Below are positions 8,055-16,511 of a stretch of DNA of 39,485 nt, piece after piece. This stretch comes from a virus (lineage: Duplodnaviria; Heunggongvirae; Uroviricota; Caudoviricetes). The DNA lies in the IMG/VR virus record IMGVR_UViG_2802429241_000009. One strand, written 5' to 3'. The notes under the pieces are model-generated. The model searched no databases. It saw only the letters and a program-made list of their open reading frames with translations, and was not told the DNA's origin. Position numbers and translations under genes: made by a program. The first letter of the stretch is position 1. Each line of letters begins with the position of its first letter.

Positions 8055-8083
8055 TTGATTTCGTGTCTTATGTGGTTTTTAAT
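8055..8083 (+). promoter_or_regulatory. Sigma70-like promoter candidate upstream of the gene at 8101
   Basis: -35 TTGATT, 17-bp spacer containing TTATGTGGTT, -10 TTTAAT; bracketed by operator sites 62 bp apart. Confidence 0.4.
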
Positions 8084-8097
8084 TACCTTAGAGGTAA
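8083..8097. promoter_or_regulatory. Operator-like palindrome TTACC-N5-GGTAA (downstream member, ends 4 nt before the ATG at 8101)
   Basis: Exact; overlaps the candidate -10 TTTAAT. Confidence 0.55.
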
Positions 8098-8100
8098 ATC

Positions 8101-8445
8101 ATGAGAAAACAGATACAGGCTCTTGGTCGACTCAAAACAGGCCAGATGAACAAAACAGAATCTGCGTATTGCCAGCACCTTGAGCAGCGTAAACGTGCAG
8201 GGGAAATCGCCTGGTATCGATTCGAGGGTATCAAGCTGCGGTTAGCTGACAACACGTTCTATACGCCCGATTTTGCTGTGATGCTCGCCACCGGAGAGAT
8301 GGAACTGCACGAAGTGAAAGGTTTCTGGACCGACGACGCCAGGGTGAAAACCAAAGTCGCCGCAGATCAGTATCCGTTCCGAATCATCGGGGTAACGGTT
8401 AAACCAAAGAAAGCAGGTGGTGGCTGGAACGTCGAAGAGTTCTGA
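8101..8445 (+). CDS. Small PD-(D/E)XK-motif nuclease-like protein (possible Holliday-junction resolvase type)
   Basis: 114 aa; TPDFAV ... ELHEVKG resembles a D...E.K nuclease motif; starts 4 nt after an exact operator palindrome. Confidence 0.45.
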   Translation: MRKQIQALGRLKTGQMNKTESAYCQHLEQRKRAGEIAWYRFEGIKLRLADNTFYTPDFAVMLATGEMELHEVKGFWTDDARVKTKVAADQYPFRIIGVTVKPKKAGGGWNVEEF

Positions 8446-8506
8446 ATCGACGATCTTTTTAGTTATCAATGTAATCAATAAGTTATGTGGATAAGCGAGG
8501 GTAAAG

Positions 8507-8986
8507 ATGGAAAGTAATATCAAAGGGTTAGTTTCCGCCGGGCATGAGATGGCTTCGGAACTGAAAGCAGAATGTGGTGCCGTTGATATGCGCAGTGTGG
8601 CAAAGCTGATCAGCGATTTGGCAACGCAACTGGAAGTGCAACTGGTGCGTGCTAATGCGCTGGCAGCGGAGAATGCGGGGCTGAAGGCTGCGCACCCTCA
8701 ACCATTCGGACATGAGATGATGAAGGCTCTTGATGCGTATGAGAAGCATCAGGATGAAGTGCCAGAGACTGGAATGCTCAATGCATTTTTCATCTTGCGC
8801 GACAGCATCCGTGTTGACACCCCAGCCACCGATGCTTTCCTGACTGAAATTGAACGCAAAGCAATCCGAAAGTTCATTAACAGCATTGAACACATCCTGC
8901 GTGACAAGCTGTCTCCGTATGACACCGAAGAGATGCTTGAGGCTATGCGTATTTTTCTGGAAGAACAGGGAGGTGAGCAAAAATGA
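8507..8986 (+). CDS. Hypothetical protein (159 aa)
   Basis: ORF with GAGGGT SD; no recognisable domain. Confidence 0.5.
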   Translation: MESNIKGLVSAGHEMASELKAECGAVDMRSVAKLISDLATQLEVQLVRANALAAENAGLKAAHPQPFGHEMMKALDAYEKHQDEVPETGMLNAFFILRDSIRVDTPATDAFLTEIERKAIRKFINSIEHILRDKLSPYDTEEMLEAMRIFLEEQGGEQK

Positions 8987-9972
8987 CGATCACAAAACAA
9001 CGGGTAGAAGAAATCATATCCCGCATTGAAATGTATGGGCATGGTGCAGGGTATACCGCCGAAGAGGTTTATGACCTGGCTGTACTGGCGCTGAATTTAT
9101 CAAATATCGCAAACCTGAAGCGATACGAGCTTGATATGGAAGGTTGCGACTCGTGCGGTCAGGATTGTGGCGCTGACATGACTGAAGATTCTGATGGCGA
9201 TTATGTCCTGTTTGATGACGTGGTTAAGTTGTTTGATTTTGATACAACCACTCAGAAGTTAGAAAGCCCAGCAAAGGAGGCAACCAGGGAGCAAGATGAT
9301 TATCAGGCACTGCGCGAGGCGGCAGAACGTGCAATTCCGGCAATGGAACGCCTGTTAATGTTGCCAGTTGATGATGATTTGTTAACTGAACAGGAACTTA
9401 AGGATTACGGTGTGGATATTGATGCGCTCAACGCCTTCAAATTTCTGGCCGGACCAGAAACCGTGCTGGCACTGCTGGATGAACGGGAAAGAAACCAGCA
9501 ATACATCAAACGCCGCGACCAGGAGAACGAGGAAATTGCGCTAACGGTAGGGAAGCTGCGTGTTGAGCTGGAAGGCAAAGACAGCAAAATAGCCAATCTT
9601 ACCGCCGAACGCGATGCTCTTCGTGAAGGTGAGATGGGCGACGCTAGGCATAGCAACACACGGGCCGCAGCTGATATCTACTTCCAACTGGTCGAGGAGT
9701 GCGAAATTCCTGCTGGCGGATCTCTGGTCGAGTACGTTGACGATATGCGCGAGAAGCTGGAAGCCGCAGAGAAGCGCATTGCAGAGTTAGAAAGTGGTTC
9801 TCAGGCACAAAAGTTAGTTGAAGCAATCATTGTTGCGATAGAAAACGAACAGGAAAGGCTTTTTGATGAAGATTACCTAATGGATTCGAAAGAATGCATT
9901 GACGTAATTCGTGAAGAAGTAAAGCGATGGAATGATTCCCGTGCCGCTGGCATTCGCATCAAAGGAGAGTGA
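8983..9972 (+). CDS. Hypothetical acidic coiled-coil protein (329 aa)
   Basis: Long ORF, start overlaps the upstream stop; acidic/coiled-coil composition. Confidence 0.55.
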   Translation: MTITKQRVEEIISRIEMYGHGAGYTAEEVYDLAVLALNLSNIANLKRYELDMEGCDSCGQDCGADMTEDSDGDYVLFDDVVKLFDFDTTTQKLESPAKEATREQDDYQALREAAERAIPAMERLLMLPVDDDLLTEQELKDYGVDIDALNAFKFLAGPETVLALLDERERNQQYIKRRDQENEEIALTVGKLRVELEGKDSKIANLTAERDALREGEMGDARHSNTRAAADIYFQLVEECEIPAGGSLVEYVDDMREKLEAAEKRIAELESGSQAQKLVEAIIVAIENEQERLFDEDYLMDSKECIDVIREEVKRWNDSRAAGIRIKGE

Positions 9973-9973
9973 G

Positions 9974-10165
9974 GTGGACGGACAAATATCAATTGTTCGA
10001 CCGGGAGCATGTGACGATAGCGAGATACGAATGATTATTCGTCTGGCGATGGGGAAAACAATAACCGCTCTCATTACTCCAGAAAATCTCGCATTAGCAT
10101 TAACCGGAAAGTCAGACCTACCAGTAGAGCTAAAGCTGCGAAATGTTGAGATTAAGGCGAAATAG
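9974..10165 (+). CDS. Hypothetical small protein
   Basis: GTG start preceded by AAAGGAGAG; short ORF, weak support. Confidence 0.3.
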   Translation: MDGQISIVRPGACDDSEIRMIIRLAMGKTITALITPENLALALTGKSDLPVELKLRNVEIKAK

Positions 10166-10166
10166 C

Positions 10167-10703
10167 ATGAATTCTATTACCAAAGAACGTATCGAATTAT
10201 CCATTAAAAATCCGCTTGAAAACGGGCTTACTCGTAGCGAACAAATGGAAGTGGCACGGATTGCACTGGCATCACTGGAAGCCGAACCTGTAAGCCAAAC
10301 TTACAAGTTGCCAGTTAATACACCTTGCCAAGATGCGCCAGTCAATATCTGGCTGCAAACGGCTGGAGTATGGCCAGAAGATGGCGAGTTAAGCGAATTA
10401 ACGTGGTGCAGCCACAATCAGCACCATGATGACACGCTATATGTTCGAGCTGACCTTGTAAATGGCAACTATCCGGTAACTCCGGATGGTTGGATAAGCT
10501 GTAGTGAGCGAATGCCTGAAATTAGACAAACAGTTATTGGATGGAATGGATATGCAGTTAGACAATGCGTATATACAAGGAATGAATATGCCAAGACACA
10601 GAAAGGCAGAGAGCCAAGGTTTGAAACCTTAACTGGTATATGGCATGGAGTAACCCACTGGATGCCGCTACCAGAACCGCCGCAGGAGGTTAACCGTGGC
10701 TAA
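10167..10703 (+). CDS. Hypothetical protein with a DUF551-like C-terminal segment
   Basis: 178 aa; C-terminal W..C..RMP...GW motif pattern typical of DUF551 phage proteins as recalled. Confidence 0.5.
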   Translation: MNSITKERIELSIKNPLENGLTRSEQMEVARIALASLEAEPVSQTYKLPVNTPCQDAPVNIWLQTAGVWPEDGELSELTWCSHNQHHDDTLYVRADLVNGNYPVTPDGWISCSERMPEIRQTVIGWNGYAVRQCVYTRNEYAKTQKGREPRFETLTGIWHGVTHWMPLPEPPQEVNRG

Positions 10704-10977
10704 CCTGCAACTTGCCGTCAAAGGTGAATACTTCGATGCCATGATTCGCGGGGAGAAAACGGAAGAGTATCGCTTGTGTAATGACTACTGGAATAAGCGA
10801 ATTATGTTCCGGGAGTATGACCGCCTGATTATCACAAAGGGATATCCGAAGCGCGACGACTTCAGTCGCAGAATTGACGTCCCGTATAACGGATATGAAA
10901 TAAAAACAATCACACATCCACACTTCGGTGATAAACCGGTAAAGGTATACGCGATAAAGGTAAATATTGATGGCTAA
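10696..10977 (+). CDS. Small ASCH/PUA-like domain protein
   Basis: 93 aa; GTG start after GGAGG; family assignment from recollection only. Confidence 0.45.
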   Translation: MANLQLAVKGEYFDAMIRGEKTEEYRLCNDYWNKRIMFREYDRLIITKGYPKRDDFSRRIDVPYNGYEIKTITHPHFGDKPVKVYAIKVNIDG

Positions 10978-11308
10978 ATCAGCAGCAGAGCGCAAAGCCG
11001 CTCAGAGAGCCAGACAAGCTGCATCTGGTGTGCGTAAGCTGGAAATTGTGCTTGATGCTCAGGAAATTGAAATGCTGGAGCGTAACTGTGCTACGCGTCG
11101 CCCCGGGCGTGCGCCTTACGAATTTGGTGAGTATATAGCGTTACTGATCCGCCAGGATGATGCACGCGTGCACGGGCGTATAAAATCGATCAGCAGAAAA
11201 CGTTGCGGTAAGTGCGGCGAGAGAGTTCCAGTTAATTCATGCCCGTGTAATGGTGACTCGCAATGCTGGGTGACTAAAGGCTGGCATGAAACGAAATTAA
11301 TAGTGTGA
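10970..11308 (+). CDS. Putative DNA-binding regulator: N-terminal ribbon-helix-helix-like segment plus C-terminal Cys cluster; candidate late-gene regulator
   Basis: RKLEIVLDAQEIEMLER resembles an RHH strand-helix; C-terminal C-x2-C-x8-C-x-C-x5-C; last gene before the terminator and terminase genes. Confidence 0.45.
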   Translation: MAKSAAERKAAQRARQAASGVRKLEIVLDAQEIEMLERNCATRRPGRAPYEFGEYIALLIRQDDARVHGRIKSISRKRCGKCGERVPVNSCPCNGDSQCWVTKGWHETKLIV

Positions 11309-11357
11309 CATGTTACGAGTAGATTATGCATGATGAATTTGATGGGTTTTGAATACT

Positions 11358-11384
11358 GCCGCCAACTATGGCGGCTTTATTTTG
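11358..11384 (+). terminator. Intrinsic terminator immediately upstream of the terminase small subunit gene
   Basis: GCCGCC-AACTAT-GGCGGC followed by TTTATTTTG. Confidence 0.65.
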
Positions 11385-11387
11385 CAT

Positions 11388-11419
11388 GGTACTATTACCA
11401 CAACGGTAACTATTACCAC
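11388..11419 (+). repeat. Tandem direct repeat GGTA(A)CTATTACCAC x2 between the terminator and the terminase small subunit start
   Basis: 14/15-bp units at 11388..11401 and 11405..11419; each contains the TTACC half-site, and the second forms GGTAA-CTA-TTACC. Confidence 0.5.
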
Positions 11420-11426
11420 GGTGGTT

Positions 11427-12023
11427 ATGATGCCTGCTGAACCTAAAACCTATAAACGCAAATCAACGCAATTTAAGCCGCTCACAGCAATGCAGGAGGC
11501 TTATTGCCAGTCATACATCAAAACGCCTGAAAACCAGACTCAGGCAGCGATTAACGCAGGATTCTCCCCAAATACAGCGGCAGTTAAAGCCAGTGTCATG
11601 ATGCGCGATGAACGCATTCAAAAACGGATTGCCGAGTTGATGGAGGAGCGCAACAAACGAATGCGCGTCAGTGCTGATTACGTTCTCATGCGCCTGGTGG
11701 AGATCGACCAGATGGACGTGATCGATATCCTCAACGACGATGGGAGCCTTAAACCAATCCGTGAGTGGCCGAAAATCTGGCGCACTACGCTTAGTGGCTT
11801 TGATCTGTCATCGACCATCATGAACATGAACGAGGATTCGATAGAGACAATCCTCAAAAAAATTAAATGGCCTGACAAGGTGAAGAACCTCGAACTGATT
11901 GGTAAGCACGTCGACGTCAACGCATTCAAAGAACGCCTGGATGTTAATGTGAATGTGACAATTGCTGATCGCATAGCGGCAGCCAGGAAGCGACTCAAAG
12001 AACGTCAGGATGGTAATCAGTGA
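11427..12023 (+). CDS. Terminase small subunit
   Basis: Immediately upstream of and overlapping the large terminase gene; start at ATG-ATG after GGTGG (upstream TTG start would cross a terminator hairpin). Confidence 0.65.
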   Translation: MMPAEPKTYKRKSTQFKPLTAMQEAYCQSYIKTPENQTQAAINAGFSPNTAAVKASVMMRDERIQKRIAELMEERNKRMRVSADYVLMRLVEIDQMDVIDILNDDGSLKPIREWPKIWRTTLSGFDLSSTIMNMNEDSIETILKKIKWPDKVKNLELIGKHVDVNAFKERLDVNVNVTIADRIAAARKRLKERQDGNQ

Positions 12024-13495
12024 CAGATACAGCGTTATCTCCTGAAGAGCAGTTGATCGAGGATATTGCAGGGTTCACTCACGATCCGCTTGGCTATGCC
12101 CTCTATGCGTTCCCGTGGGGGGAAGAGGGGACTGAATTAGCACATGCCACCGGTCCACGTCAGTGGCAGGCTGATGCGTTCCGAGAGATACGTGATCACC
12201 TGCAGAATCCAGAGACGCGCTATCAGCCGCTTATGCTGGCACGCGCTTCGGGTCACGGTATTGGTAAATCCGCATTCATCTCAATGCTGATCAACTGGGG
12301 CATGTCCACTTGCGAGGATTGTAAGGTCGTGGTGACCGCCAACACCGACAACCAGCTACGAACGAAGACCTGGCCGGAAATTATCAAGTGGTCGAACCTT
12401 GCTATCACGAAAGACTGGTTTACCTGTACCGCTACCGCGATGTACAGCAATGACCCTGGGCACGACAAGCGGTGGCGAGCTGACGCAATCCCCTGGTCTG
12501 AGCACAACACTGAGGCATTCGCCGGACTACACAACGAGCGCAAACGCATCATCGTGGTATTCGACGAAGCATCCAACATTGCCGATCTGGTGTGGGAGGT
12601 AGCAGAGGGTGCGCTGACGGACGAAGACACTGAGATTATCTGGGTGGCATTCGGAAACCCTACACGTAACACCGGGCGTTTCCGCGAATGTTTCCGCAAA
12701 TATAAACACCGCTGGAAAACTGCGCAGATTGACAGCCGGACGGTGGAAGGCACTAACAAACAGCAGTTGCAGAAATGGGTTGATGACTACGGGGAAGACA
12801 GCGACTTCGTTAAAATCCGTGTGCGCGGCATATTCCCGGATGCATCTGAATTGCAGTTTATCCCTACCGGCCTTACTGACGAGGCAATGAAACGGGTGGT
12901 AACCGCTGCGCAGGTTGCACATGCTCCGGTGATAATCGGCGTTGACCCGGCATACTCCGGCGTTGATGACGCTGTGATATACCTGCGGCAGGGGCTGCAC
13001 AGTAAGGTGCTGTGGACTGGCAACAAGACCACTGACGATCTGATTATGGCGAAGCGTATCGCTGACTTTGAAGACCAGTACCAGGCTGACGCGGTATTCA
13101 TCGACTTCGGTTACGGTACCGGTCTGAAGTCAATCGGTGACGGCTGGGGGCGTACATGGCAACTTGTTCCGTTCGGCGGTGCGTCCACTGACCCGCAGAT
13201 GCTTAACAAGCGTGGGGAGATGTTCAACTCATGTAAGACATGGCTGAGGCTGGGCGGCATGCTGGATGACCAGGAAACAGCGGACGACCTGTCGGCGGCA
13301 GAGTACAAAGTTCGCGTGGACGGTAAAATCGTTATCGAACCGAAGGAAGATATCAAGGAGCGGCTTGGGCGTTCTCCTGGTAAAGGCGATGCGCTATTGC
13401 TGACGTTTGCTTTCCCGGTGTCGAAGCGCCTGCGACTTCCCGGGCAGCAGAACCAGCAAGGCAAGGCCATTACAGATTACGATCCCTATGCTTAA
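12020..13495 (+). CDS. Terminase large subunit
   Basis: 491 aa; Walker A-like ARASGHGIGKS; position upstream of portal. Confidence 0.9.
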   Translation: MTDTALSPEEQLIEDIAGFTHDPLGYALYAFPWGEEGTELAHATGPRQWQADAFREIRDHLQNPETRYQPLMLARASGHGIGKSAFISMLINWGMSTCEDCKVVVTANTDNQLRTKTWPEIIKWSNLAITKDWFTCTATAMYSNDPGHDKRWRADAIPWSEHNTEAFAGLHNERKRIIVVFDEASNIADLVWEVAEGALTDEDTEIIWVAFGNPTRNTGRFRECFRKYKHRWKTAQIDSRTVEGTNKQQLQKWVDDYGEDSDFVKIRVRGIFPDASELQFIPTGLTDEAMKRVVTAAQVAHAPVIIGVDPAYSGVDDAVIYLRQGLHSKVLWTGNKTTDDLIMAKRIADFEDQYQADAVFIDFGYGTGLKSIGDGWGRTWQLVPFGGASTDPQMLNKRGEMFNSCKTWLRLGGMLDDQETADDLSAAEYKVRVDGKIVIEPKEDIKERLGRSPGKGDALLLTFAFPVSKRLRLPGQQNQQGKAITDYDPYA

Positions 13496-13623
13496 TCCGC
13501 TGGAGGGGATAATGACGAAGATATCCTCTGGCGAGGATAAAGCAAATCCAGTCTATGAGCTGGCTGTTTGTGACATGTCACGACATCAAAATGCATCGAA
13601 TTCGTATTTCATGATTCACAGCT

Positions 13624-13648
13624 TAAAAAAATGCCCGGCGAACCGGGC
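13624..13648 (-). terminator. Intrinsic terminator on the minus strand downstream of the tRNA gene
   Basis: Minus-strand hairpin GCCCGG-TTCG-CCGGGC followed by ATTTTTTT. Confidence 0.65.
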
Positions 13649-13811
13649 GAACTGGAAGCGATGAGTTATGCCTTCCGTGGCTGTACGGGTTTACAGCATG
13701 AAGTCATCGCAATGGCGTCCTGCTGTAAAAAGGGTGGTGATAGTCCTTCAAGGGAAACCATCACCGCCAAGCACCTGGAACTTCTGGCATCACGGTCCTT
13801 AGGCGTGATTC

Positions 13812-13888
13812 TGGCGTGGCATGCAGGATTCGAACCTGCGACCAACCGCTTAGAAGGCGGTTGCTCTGTCCGACTGAGCTAATGCCAC
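13812..13888 (-). tRNA. tRNA-Arg (anticodon UCU), phage-borne
   Basis: 77 nt with full cloverleaf: 7-bp acceptor GTGGCAT/ATGCCAC, D-stem GCTC/GAGC, anticodon stem ACCGC/GCGGT with loop CTTCTAA, T-arm GCAGG-TTCGAAT-CCTGC, encoded CCA; close to E. coli argU as recalled. Confidence 0.85.
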
Positions 13889-14210
13889 AACGCTGAGAGC
13901 ACTTAGCCTGTTAAGGCACCACACTTTGTTGCGGCTCCATAAATGCTCTCATCGTTGTACCCTCGTCTCTTCCGAGGCGTCACACCGAATCGCCAGGATG
14001 GTGAATCCCCGTGCGCGGAATAAAACCGCTCGACTTGCACATTCCGGCTACCTGGTTCGTTTGCCCGAGCAAGGGAGGGTGCCCCTTAAACGTATCCAGA
14101 CCGCTATCGTCGCATGTGCCATACGCCGTACTGCTCAAAATAAAAGCTCACTCCACCTGTTCAATTTAACGACAAGCCAGTCAGGTTAGTAACCGGAATG
14201 AACTTTTTGG

Positions 14211-14225
14211 TTACCTTAAAGGTAA
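14211..14225. promoter_or_regulatory. Operator-like palindrome TTACC-N5-GGTAA upstream of the portal-proximal genes
   Basis: Exact; in the noncoding region between the tRNA and the structural genes. Confidence 0.5.
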
Positions 14226-14315
14226 TAATTCGTGCGTTAAATGTCAACCATCTACGATAAATAAATCATATGTGGTTAAATTGGTAATAATTTAATTGCG
14301 TACGGAGTCATTGAT

Positions 14316-14522
14316 ATGTGCATGGGTAGCTCACCATCAGTGCCTGCAACACCAGAAGTTCAGGCAGCACCACAGGAGCAGGATGCCGCCGTTGTTGATG
14401 CCCGCGACGAAGAAACACGTCGCCGTCGCGCTGCTGCTGGTCGTAGTTCTACGCTGCTTACCGGTTCTCAGGGCGACACATCAACCGCTAATACCAGCGG
14501 TAAAACGCTGCTTGGTCAGTAA
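14316..14522 (+). CDS. Hypothetical small protein (68 aa) upstream of portal
   Basis: GGAG SD; shares a 12-bp initiation-region repeat with the portal gene; Ala/Pro/Arg-rich. Confidence 0.35.
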   Translation: MCMGSSPSVPATPEVQAAPQEQDAAVVDARDEETRRRRAAAGRSSTLLTGSQGDTSTANTSGKTLLGQ

Positions 14523-14536
14523 CCGGAGTCATTGAA

Positions 14537-16216
14537 ATGGCGGAAACAACTAAAGAGCGATTGAACAAACAGTTCGCACAACTTGAAAGCGAGCGTCAGT
14601 CGTTCGAGCCGCACTGGCGCGAGTTGAGTGATTACATCAACCCGCGTGGTTCCCGCTTTCTGACTTCTGAGGTCAACCGTAACGATAGACGCAATACACG
14701 AATTATTGATTCGACCGGGACTATGGCGGCGCGCACTCTCGCCAGCGGCATGATGTCAGGCATCACAAGCCCCGCGCGTCCGTGGTTTCGCCTGGCTACG
14801 CCAGATCCTGAAATGATGGATTATGGCCCTGTTAAGTTGTGGCTTGAGGCGGTGCAGAACCGCATGAACGATATGTTCAATAAGTCGAATCTCTACCAGT
14901 CTCTTCCGCAGTTATACGGAAGCCTCGGCACATACAGCACTGGTGCAATGGCGGTACTGGAGGATGACGAGGACATCATTCGCACAATGCCATTCCCTAT
15001 AGGCAGTTACTACCTGGCTAACTCACCTCGTGGCAGTGTGGACACCTGTTTTCGCAAGTTCTCTATGACTGTTCGTCAGCTTGTTCAGGAGTTCGGGCTA
15101 AATAACGTCAGCGAATCCGTAAAAAGCATGTGGGAAAGCGGCACCTACGAGAAGTGGATTGAGGTGATGCATTCGGTTTACCCGAACATTGACCGCGATA
15201 CATCGAAGCTGGATAGCAAGAACAAGCCATTCAAATCGGTTTATTACGAGGTTGGCGGCGATAACGACAAGTTGTTGCGTGAGTCCGGATTCGATGAGTT
15301 TCCAATTATGGCTCCGCGCTGGGAAGTTAACGGCGAAGATGTTTATGGATCATCATGCCCGGGTATGCTGGCGCTTGGACCTGTTAAGGCATTGCAGCTT
15401 CTCCAGAAGCGTAAGTCGCAGTTGATTGATAAAGCCACCAATCCGCCGATGGTTGCTCCGACTTCCCTCAAGAATCAGCGCGCATCCCTTCTTCCTGGCG
15501 ACATCACGTATATCGATCAGATTACTGGTCAGGATGGTTTCAGGCCTGCTTATCTGGTTAACCCCAGTACAGCAGATCTGGTAGCAGACATTCAGGACAC
15601 TCGCCAAATCATTAACAGCGCCTACTTTGTCGATCTGTTCATGATGTTGCACAACATCAATACCCGCTCGATGCCTGTTGAAGCAGTGATCGAAATGAAA
15701 GAAGAAAAACTTCTAATGTTGGGGCCGGTTCTGGAGCGTCTGAACGACGAATGTCTTAATCCTCTCATTGACCGCGCTTTCTCGATGATGGTGCGTAAAA
15801 ACATGCTGCCGCCACCGCCTGACGCGATGGAAGGCATGCCCCTGAAGGTCGAATACATTTCCGTCATGGCTCAGGCGCAGAAGTCTATCGGCCTGTCCAG
15901 TCTGGCGTCCACGGTTAACTTCATTGGTCAACTTGCGCAAGCGAAACCAGAAGCTCTCGACAAACTCAACGTTGATCAGGCGATCGATGCATTCGCTGAT
16001 ATGTCCGGAGTGTCTCCAACCGTCATTGTTCCGCAGGAACAGGTTGAGCAGGCTCGCCAGCAACGGGCACAGCAGCAACAGCAGCAACAAATGATGGCGA
16101 TGGGGATGGCGGCGGCACAGGGTGCCAAGACGCTAAGCGAAGCTAAAACTTCGGAGCCGAGTGTTTTGTCAGCCATGGCGAATGCAGTTAGTGGTCATGG
16201 TGGGCAATCACAATGA
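14537..16216 (+). CDS. Portal (head-to-tail connector) protein, T7 gp8-like
   Basis: 559 aa; Gln/Ala/Met-rich C-terminus resembles the T7 portal C-terminus as recalled; position after terminase and before scaffold and capsid. Confidence 0.75.
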   Translation: MAETTKERLNKQFAQLESERQSFEPHWRELSDYINPRGSRFLTSEVNRNDRRNTRIIDSTGTMAARTLASGMMSGITSPARPWFRLATPDPEMMDYGPVKLWLEAVQNRMNDMFNKSNLYQSLPQLYGSLGTYSTGAMAVLEDDEDIIRTMPFPIGSYYLANSPRGSVDTCFRKFSMTVRQLVQEFGLNNVSESVKSMWESGTYEKWIEVMHSVYPNIDRDTSKLDSKNKPFKSVYYEVGGDNDKLLRESGFDEFPIMAPRWEVNGEDVYGSSCPGMLALGPVKALQLLQKRKSQLIDKATNPPMVAPTSLKNQRASLLPGDITYIDQITGQDGFRPAYLVNPSTADLVADIQDTRQIINSAYFVDLFMMLHNINTRSMPVEAVIEMKEEKLLMLGPVLERLNDECLNPLIDRAFSMMVRKNMLPPPPDAMEGMPLKVEYISVMAQAQKSIGLSSLASTVNFIGQLAQAKPEALDKLNVDQAIDAFADMSGVSPTVIVPQEQVEQARQQRAQQQQQQQMMAMGMAAAQGAKTLSEAKTSEPSVLSAMANAVSGHGGQSQ

Positions 16217-16509
16217 CAGATTACGAAGATGATCAACTGAAAGAAGAAAACGCCCGTAAGCAATGTGACATGGCACAGCGTGAAATTGATGACATTCGCT
16301 TTGTCATGAGCAGTGAACAGGGGCGTCGCGTTGTCTGGTCGGTGCTGGAGAAAGGCCGTGTGTTTTCCGCTATCTCACCGATGGACGCTATGGCAATGGC
16401 ATTTAATGAGGGGCAACGCAATCTGGCGCTGGAACTGTTTCAGCGCGTTATGGCGCATTGCCCTGAACAGTATTTGAAGATGGCCAAAGAGGCCAGTGAA
16501 CAGGAGTGA
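16213..16509 (+). CDS. Hypothetical protein (98 aa)
   Basis: ORF overlapping the portal stop (ATGA). Confidence 0.5.
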   Translation: MTDYEDDQLKEENARKQCDMAQREIDDIRFVMSSEQGRRVVWSVLEKGRVFSAISPMDAMAMAFNEGQRNLALELFQRVMAHCPEQYLKMAKEASEQE

Positions 16510-16511
16510 TC

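Noticed and set aside
8486-8494. Perfect DnaA box (TGTGGATAA, that is TTATCCACA on the minus strand)
   Set aside because: A single perfect 9-mer is expected about 0.3 times by chance in this window; it may simply be a variant of the TATGTGGTT-type motif. Not enough to call a DnaA site.
11349-11426. Upstream TTG start of the terminase small subunit ORF as drawn in the track (11349)
   Set aside because: That extension would be translated across an intrinsic terminator hairpin and tandem DNA repeats; the ATG at 11427 after GGTGG is preferred.
12253-13000. Antisense ORFs inside the large terminase gene (12253..12759, 12527..13000), and similar antisense or shifted-frame ORFs within other long genes (for example 16641..17222, 20766..21155, 23556..24173, 26562..27038, 37079..37678)
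   Set aside because: They lie entirely within much longer, well-supported genes, lack ribosome-binding sites and have odd composition; treated as six-frame artefacts.
13631-13882. Plus-strand ORF (83 aa) in the six-frame track
   Set aside because: It overlaps the minus-strand tRNA-Arg gene and its terminator hairpin; the tRNA cloverleaf is far better supported than this ORF.
13926-14189. Plus-strand ORF (87 aa) in the noncoding stretch upstream of the tRNA
   Set aside because: Arg-rich, low-complexity translation with no Shine-Dalgarno sequence; the region looks noncoding or regulatory.
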